DNA of 13,308 bases from NCBI GenBank assembly GCA_016840095.1, contig JAEOSZ010000091.1, positions 1 to 13,308 on the forward strand, read 5' to 3'. Each line of letters opens with the position of its first letter. Position 1 is the stretch's first letter. This document shows, in pieces, positions 8,432 through 13,308 of the stretch. A model generated the notes under the pieces. The model was not told the origin of the DNA, did no database searches, and saw only the letters and a list, made by a program, of their open reading frames with translations. The translations under genes and the position numbers were made by a program. This DNA is from Candidatus Heimdallarchaeota archaeon. Its GTDB lineage: Archaea > Asgardarchaeota > Heimdallarchaeia > Heimdallarchaeales > Heimdallarchaeaceae.

Positions 8432-8487
8432 AATTCCGGAATACTGTTTTTCATTGAACTAGTGCTTTAAGATTATTTGAGATATGA

Positions 8488-8546
8488 TAATTGGAACCTT
8501 AGTATGTTCATGAGATTTCTCGCTTGGATTATACTAAGCACAATTA
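8488..8546 (+). promoter_or_regulatory. Long stem-loop in the probable 5' leader of the NTase-uvrA operon (hairpin 2)
   Basis: Stems are taattg/caatta, cttagtat/atactaag (perfect 8 bp), gttca/tggat and tgag/ctcg around an attt loop. TTTAAG at 8466-8471 lies upstream and SD-like tgagg at 8556-8560 lies downstream. Confidence 0.6.
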
Positions 8547-8567
8547 CTAAAAAACTGAGGAAAAGAA

Positions 8568-9503
8568 ATGAATCAGCAATTACAAGTAAAAAAAAGGTTT
8601 GATGATGCTCTTGATGCATTCATCGATTTTATCAAACAGGATAAAAGTATCCAAGTAGCTCTTCTTTTTGGTAGTTTGATTGAAGGAAATGTATGGGAAA
8701 AATCTGATGTTGATATAATACTAATAAGTACTGACGAAAGGAACCCCTACAAATTTTACTGGTTAGATCAAGACGAACTTAACTTTCAAGTTTCTATCTA
8801 TTCTAGAAATAGATTCAAAAGAATGTATGAACAAAATTTGTCCGGTTCATGGTTTCAACACATGATTAGTACAAGCAAGATCTTGTTCTCGAATGATGAA
8901 ACAATAAGTGAATATGTGCTCCAAGCTCAATCACCTGGAAAAAGAGATGTTGCATTACAGATTTTGCAAGTCGTTTCCATGGTCATAGGGGATCTGGAAA
9001 AGGCAGAGAAATTTCTACTAAGAAGAAAAGATGTTGCTCAGAGTTATCTATTTATCTCAAGATTATTAGATAATCTTGCCCAAATAGAAGTTTTACTTAA
9101 TGGAGAGATACCAGGAAGAGAAGTATTAGAACGAGCTCTAGAATTCAAACCTAGATTATTCTCCAAGATTTTTACTAGAGTCATAGAAGAGCAAACAACT
9201 CAAGACAAAATGGTGGAAATCATTGAACTAATTCGAGAATATTTGGTTGAAAGAACAGAAATAATTTTCAAACCTATAATTGATTATTTCAAAGAAGAAC
9301 AAGAAGTTAGAACATTAACAGACTTGACAATTCATCTAAACAAAATGATAACCTCAAGTTGGTGGGAGATCGCTTCTTTATCATATTGTCAATGGTTATT
9401 GCACCAGGGGTTTCTGGAAAGATATGTTCAGCCAATTAATCTAACCTCGAAAAGCTACATCCAAACTAATGAGATAGCTTACATTTACAAAGGAGAGGAA
9501 TGA
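8568..9503 (+). CDS. Pol-beta superfamily nucleotidyltransferase with helical substrate-binding domain and probable C-terminal winged helix (YgxA-like architecture)
   Basis: LLFGSLIEGNVWEKSDVDII (hGS..DxD), a helical bundle (GDLEKAEKFL..LAQIEVLLNG) and a C-terminal helix-helix-WLLHQGFLERY-beta hairpin. Confidence 0.85.
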   Translation: MNQQLQVKKRFDDALDAFIDFIKQDKSIQVALLFGSLIEGNVWEKSDVDIILISTDERNPYKFYWLDQDELNFQVSIYSRNRFKRMYEQNLSGSWFQHMISTSKILFSNDETISEYVLQAQSPGKRDVALQILQVVSMVIGDLEKAEKFLLRRKDVAQSYLFISRLLDNLAQIEVLLNGEIPGREVLERALEFKPRLFSKIFTRVIEEQTTQDKMVEIIELIREYLVERTEIIFKPIIDYFKEEQEVRTLTDLTIHLNKMITSSWWEIASLSYCQWLLHQGFLERYVQPINLTSKSYIQTNEIAYIYKGEE

Positions 9504-9504
9504 A

Positions 9505-12402
9505 ATGAAGAAGGATATAGAAATCGTAGGAGCAAGAGAGAATAACCTACAAAATATAGATGTAAAGATACCTAGAGAAAAGTTCACAGTTGTAACTGGA
9601 GTGAGTGGTTCTGGTAAATCAAGTCTTGTGTTTGATACTTTATTTGGAGAAGGACATAGAAGATTCATAGAATCTCTGACAGCTTGGGCGAGAACAAGAT
9701 TGCCTACAATGAAGAAACCTGATGTAAATATGATACTAGGGTTATCTCCTGTTGTTAGTATTCAGCAGAGAAGAGGAGTAGCCAATCCCAGAAGCACTGT
9801 AGCATCTTTGACAGATATAGGGAGCTATCTGCGATTGCTATACTCTATTGGTGGAACAGCCCATTGTCCTTATTGTGAGGATGAGATTCCTATCAAATCC
9901 TCAAATCAGATTGCTGACAAGATACTGAATCTTCCAAAAGATACAGCTGTCGAAATTCGAGCTGTTGTTTTCAAGATATATGATGAAGATTACAGGTATT
10001 TGTTTGATACAGTAAGAAATCAAGGTTATAGAAAAGTTAGAATTGATGGGGAAATAGTTGATACAAGTCAGGATATAGAATTAGACGAGGAGAAAGAATA
10101 CAGAATAGAAGCTATCATAGATAAGTTTGTTATCAATGGGGATTTGTACAAACAGTTAGTAGAATCACTAGAAGCAGCATTTTATGTAGGTCAAAAATTC
10201 ATTAGTGTAGAAATACTTAATCCAGAGAATCTGGAAGGAAAAATAGATGAATTCTATCAGGGATTAACTTGCTCTAAACACCATACAATAACAGGAGAAT
10301 TATTACCATGGTACTTTACTGCTAATGACCCAGAAAGTGCATGTCCTACTTGTATGGGTTTAGGTACATATATGCGTGCAGAAAGACAGCTGTTGATAGA
10401 GGATGAAAATCTAAGTCTGAGAGAAGGTGCTTTGGATAGATCTTTCTTTAACATGGATAATAGAACCTTCAAGAAATTTAACAACCCCACATATATGATG
10501 GCTTATAGTTTATCAGAACACTTTGGTTTTAGCTTAGACACACCCTTTAAAGATTTATCAGAAGAAATCAAGAACATCCTATTCAATGGTACAAAAGGTG
10601 AAAAAGTCGAAATTAAGCAACCTCCAGACCACTTTGTAAAAGAGGATAGGAATCTTGGAAAGAAGCTCCCTTATGCAGGATTAATCAGTAGAGTAAACAG
10701 AATGTATAAGGAATACTGGTCGAAGAATGCCGTTCAAGGATCAGTGGAAAATAGACATAAAACTAGATTGATGGTAGAACAAATTTGTCCTGACTGTGAA
10801 GGAGTTAAATTGAAAGAAAGTAGATTGTTGATAAAAGTAAACAGGAAAAATATCTATGAAACATCAACAATGCCTTTCAATAAGTTGAGTATATTTCTAA
10901 AAGAAATTGTTATACCAGAAGAGAAGGCACATTTAGGTAATCCTGTTCTGAGAGAACTAAAGAAAAGAGTAGATTTGATGTTAGAGATAGGATTATACTA
11001 TCTGGCATTGAATAGAAGATCAGATACACTTTCTGGAGGAGAGATGCAGAGAACAGTATTATCAACACAGATAGGAAGCGAGCTAATGGGGATGATGTAC
11101 ATTCTAGATGAACCCTCTATTGGCTTGCATCAGAAGGATGGAAATAAGCTAATTAGCGTACTTAAGAAACTAAGAGATTTGGGAAATACTGTGATAGTAG
11201 TAGAACATGATACTGAAACTATGGAAGCAGCTGATCACCTGATAGAGTTAGGACCAGGCCCAGGAATCCACGGAGGAAAAATTACTTTCGAAGGAACTGT
11301 AGAAGAAATTAAGAACCATACAAAATCTTTGACTGGGAATTATCTTGCTGGTAAGAAGAAGATAGAAGTTCCAGAGAAAAGAAGAGAAATTAATGGTCAG
11401 TATCTAACTATTTATGGAGCTCAAGAGAACAATTTACAGGATCTAGATGTAAAACTCCCTCTAGGATTGTTTGTTTGCATAACTGGTGTAAGTGGATCCG
11501 GGAAGAGTAGTCTAGTTAGAGAGATATTATACAAAAAGTTACATTATCTATTGAAGGATAAAAGGATAATTCCAGGCAAGCATAAGAAGATGGAAGGTTA
11601 CGAAGTAATAAAGGATATTAGAAATATAGATCAGTCACCTATCGGTCGTTCATCACGATCTAATCCTGCAACTTTTGTAGGTCTGTATGATAAGATAAGA
11701 GAAATCTTCACTGAACAACCAGAATCTAAACACAGAGGATATGAGCTGAAACAGTTCAGTTTTAATAATAATCAAGGAGGAAGATGTCTACATTGCAGAG
11801 GGTGGGGAATAATATTAACAGAATTACAGTTCATGCAGGATGTTGTATCAGTTTGTCCAGAATGTAATGGAGCTAGATTCAACAAAGAAACCCTAGAAAT
11901 TAAATACAAAGGTAAGAACATTGCGGAAGTGCTGGATATGACCGTGGAAGAAGGAATAGAATTCTTCAAAGATAATAGACTAATAAGCCACAAACTCAAG
12001 ACAATGAATGAATTGGGATTGGGGTATCTGAAACTAGGACAGCCATCTACTACCTTGAGTGGAGGGGAAGCCCAAAGGATAAAACTCTCAAGAGAGTTAG
12101 GAAAGATTAAGCGATTGAAGAATAATCTCTATATTCTCGACGAACCCACTACTGGACTTCACCTAGATGATATAAAGAAACTTTTATTCTGCATAAACCG
12201 ATTGGTCGATGAAGGAAACACGGTGCTTGTTATCGAACATAATTTAGAGGTCATTAAGACTGCTGATTATGTCCTAGATTTGGGTCCAGAAGGAGGAGAT
12301 GATGGCGGTTTCATTGTTGCTGAAGGAACTCCAGAAGAAGTTTCTAAAGTTACAGGATCATATACAGGTCAATATCTTAAAGCTGTTTTAAACAGCTCTT
12401 GA
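9505..12402 (+). CDS. uvrA: UvrA-family ABC ATPase (excinuclease ABC subunit A homolog, divergent)
   Basis: Two each of GA(R/Q)ENNL, Walker A GVSGSGKSS, signature LSGGE, Walker B YILDEP and H-loop VEHD/IEHN. Zinc modules are CPYC..CSKH, CPTC..CPDC and CLHC..CPEC. DQSPIGRSSRSNPAT is present. Confidence 0.95.
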   Translation: MKKDIEIVGARENNLQNIDVKIPREKFTVVTGVSGSGKSSLVFDTLFGEGHRRFIESLTAWARTRLPTMKKPDVNMILGLSPVVSIQQRRGVANPRSTVASLTDIGSYLRLLYSIGGTAHCPYCEDEIPIKSSNQIADKILNLPKDTAVEIRAVVFKIYDEDYRYLFDTVRNQGYRKVRIDGEIVDTSQDIELDEEKEYRIEAIIDKFVINGDLYKQLVESLEAAFYVGQKFISVEILNPENLEGKIDEFYQGLTCSKHHTITGELLPWYFTANDPESACPTCMGLGTYMRAERQLLIEDENLSLREGALDRSFFNMDNRTFKKFNNPTYMMAYSLSEHFGFSLDTPFKDLSEEIKNILFNGTKGEKVEIKQPPDHFVKEDRNLGKKLPYAGLISRVNRMYKEYWSKNAVQGSVENRHKTRLMVEQICPDCEGVKLKESRLLIKVNRKNIYETSTMPFNKLSIFLKEIVIPEEKAHLGNPVLRELKKRVDLMLEIGLYYLALNRRSDTLSGGEMQRTVLSTQIGSELMGMMYILDEPSIGLHQKDGNKLISVLKKLRDLGNTVIVVEHDTETMEAADHLIELGPGPGIHGGKITFEGTVEEIKNHTKSLTGNYLAGKKKIEVPEKRREINGQYLTIYGAQENNLQDLDVKLPLGLFVCITGVSGSGKSSLVREILYKKLHYLLKDKRIIPGKHKKMEGYEVIKDIRNIDQSPIGRSSRSNPATFVGLYDKIREIFTEQPESKHRGYELKQFSFNNNQGGRCLHCRGWGIILTELQFMQDVVSVCPECNGARFNKETLEIKYKGKNIAEVLDMTVEEGIEFFKDNRLISHKLKTMNELGLGYLKLGQPSTTLSGGEAQRIKLSRELGKIKRLKNNLYILDEPTTGLHLDDIKKLLFCINRLVDEGNTVLVIEHNLEVIKTADYVLDLGPEGGDDGGFIVAEGTPEEVSKVTGSYTGQYLKAVLNSS

Positions 12403-12421
12403 TTTTTTTCTTTTTCTATTT
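12403..12421 (+). terminator. T-rich putative terminator after uvrA
   Basis: A run of T/C (tttttttcttttt...) directly follows the TGA stop. Confidence 0.5.
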
Positions 12422-12517
12422 AAAACATAAAGATAAAAGTGTCCCTAAGATTGTATAGAATTGGAAATTAAATAATTTGTAAAGGCTATTTCAAAGAAAT
12501 TTCATATGTGATGTAAG

Positions 12518-12949
12518 ATGAAAGCTTCGAATGACACAGAAATAAAGATTGAGATTAAGAAAATTCTCCATGATGCTTTTGGGTGGGCTTTAACCAAGGA
12601 TAGAGCACTTTTTGAAAGCATATTTGCAGGAGATGATGATTTTTTTAGTTACTTCCCTGATTCCAAGAGTACTGCAATAGGTTGGAAACAATTTGAAAAA
12701 TTCTTGAACGGTTGGATGGACCCACGAAATATAGCTATAGGATATGAGATAAGAGATCTAAGAATTGTACTTTCTCAGAGTGGGGATGTAGCGTGGTTTT
12801 CTGCGATAGTAGACGATGAAGGAGAGTTCGATGGAAAACCATGGGGAGCTAAAGATATTAGATGGACTGGAGTTTTGGAGAAACGAGAAGGAAGCTGGAG
12901 AATCTGTCAACAGCACTTATCTGAAGCCAACGATTTAAAATCAACATAG
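12518..12949 (+). CDS. SnoaL-like / NTF2-fold protein
   Basis: IGWKQF, IRDLRIVLSQSGDVAWFS and RWTGVLEKREGSWRICQQHLS are typical of SnoaL_3-type domains. Confidence 0.88.
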   Translation: MKASNDTEIKIEIKKILHDAFGWALTKDRALFESIFAGDDDFFSYFPDSKSTAIGWKQFEKFLNGWMDPRNIAIGYEIRDLRIVLSQSGDVAWFSAIVDDEGEFDGKPWGAKDIRWTGVLEKREGSWRICQQHLSEANDLKST

Positions 12950-12972
12950 AAATATGAAAAGAAAGAAAAACA

Positions 12973-13086
12973 ATGAAATCTTGTGAATCTTACCACACAA
13001 AAAAGAACTTTTGTGAATTTTGCGGTTCAAAGTTAGTTAAAGATGCTGTAAAATGTCAAGAATGTTTTGCACCTGTGAGAGATTAA
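12973..13086 (+). CDS. 37-aa zinc-ribbon microprotein (not in the ORF track)
   Basis: Hand translation gives MKSCESYHTKKNFCEFCGSKLVKDAVKCQECFAPVRD*, with CxxCG-x9-CxxC spacing typical of zinc_ribbon_2 domains. Confidence 0.6.
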   Translation: MKSCESYHTKKNFCEFCGSKLVKDAVKCQECFAPVRD

Positions 13087-13147
13087 AAATCTAAACAAAA
13101 CTTCTTCAATTTTGTCTATAAAGAAATAAACGAGATATAAAGGTAAT

Positions 13148-13306
13148 TTATGCAGATTTTTCTTTCCAATCTTTGTATTCTTTTCCAATTTGGAATGTCT
13201 TTCCAGCAATTTTTCCCATTTCCCGATAGGTTCTATCATGATATAGTGCTAATGGGTTTATTTTTTCCAGGTCTGCCTTATCATTTAAGACACAATCTTC
13301 ATCAAC
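13148..13306 (-). CDS. C-terminal end of a flavin reductase / flavoredoxin family protein (5' part outside the window)
   Basis: The frame is open from the window edge: VDEDCVLNDKADLEKINPLALYHDRTYREMGKIAGKTFQIGKEYKDWKEKSA*. This resembles the flavoredoxin C-terminus (D..K..P......Y...G...G.aF.iGk). Confidence 0.7.
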   Translation of the reverse strand, partial: VDEDCVLNDKADLEKINPLALYHDRTYREMGKIAGKTFQIGKEYKDWKEKSA

Positions 13307-13308
13307 GA

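Noticed and set aside
8338-8433. 31-aa ORF MLQNYIIGISQCNKFREVEILSLPTFSKVVH spanning hairpin 1, and a 32-aa ORF from 8504 overlapping the NTase start
   Set aside because: No motif or clear RBS, and the lengths are compatible with chance. They cannot be excluded as leader peptides without conservation data.
8568-9503. Interpretation as a CBASS CD-NTase or MNT-HEPN toxin-antitoxin
   Set aside because: There are no Cap effector or HEPN RNase neighbours, and the architecture is minimal NTase + helical bundle + wHTH rather than cGAS-like.
9441-11999. Three short minus-strand ORFs (9441-9668, 10257-10490, 11772-11999)
   Set aside because: All are antisense shadows inside the NTase/uvrA coding regions.
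13033-13239. 68-aa minus-strand ORF from the track
   Set aside because: It overlaps, out of frame, the better-supported flavin reductase C-terminus and is antisense to the zinc-ribbon ORF.
1-13308. CRISPR array, tRNA/rRNA, transposase or integrase
   Set aside because: No regularly spaced direct repeats, no GC-rich structured RNA tracts and no recombinase motifs were seen by eye.

Overview
AT-rich, gene-dense archaeal window. It is probably from an Asgard (Heimdallarchaeia-like) genome, inferred from TATA boxes about 25 nt upstream of start codons, T-rich terminators and Ig-like/LVIVD surface proteins with TM+basic tails. In order it contains: the 3' end of a bacterial-PH-domain protein; an F420-dependent LLM oxidoreductase; a DinB-family protein; a two-Ig-repeat surface protein; a DUF308-like membrane protein; an MBL-fold hydrolase; a stand-alone E2-like acyltransferase domain lacking the catalytic His; two paralogous 3-TM membrane proteins; a 7-blade LVIVD propeller; and another 3-TM protein. 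Next comes a structured 235-bp intergenic region and a tightly coupled nucleotidyltransferase(-wHTH) + divergent UvrA pair, with no uvrB/uvrC in the window. The window ends with a SnoaL/NTF2 protein, an unannotated 37-aa zinc-ribbon micro-ORF and the 3' end of a flavin reductase on the minus strand. The best candidate for an undescribed system is the hairpin-led NTase + remodelled-UvrA operon. No rRNA, tRNA, CRISPR array or transposase was seen.
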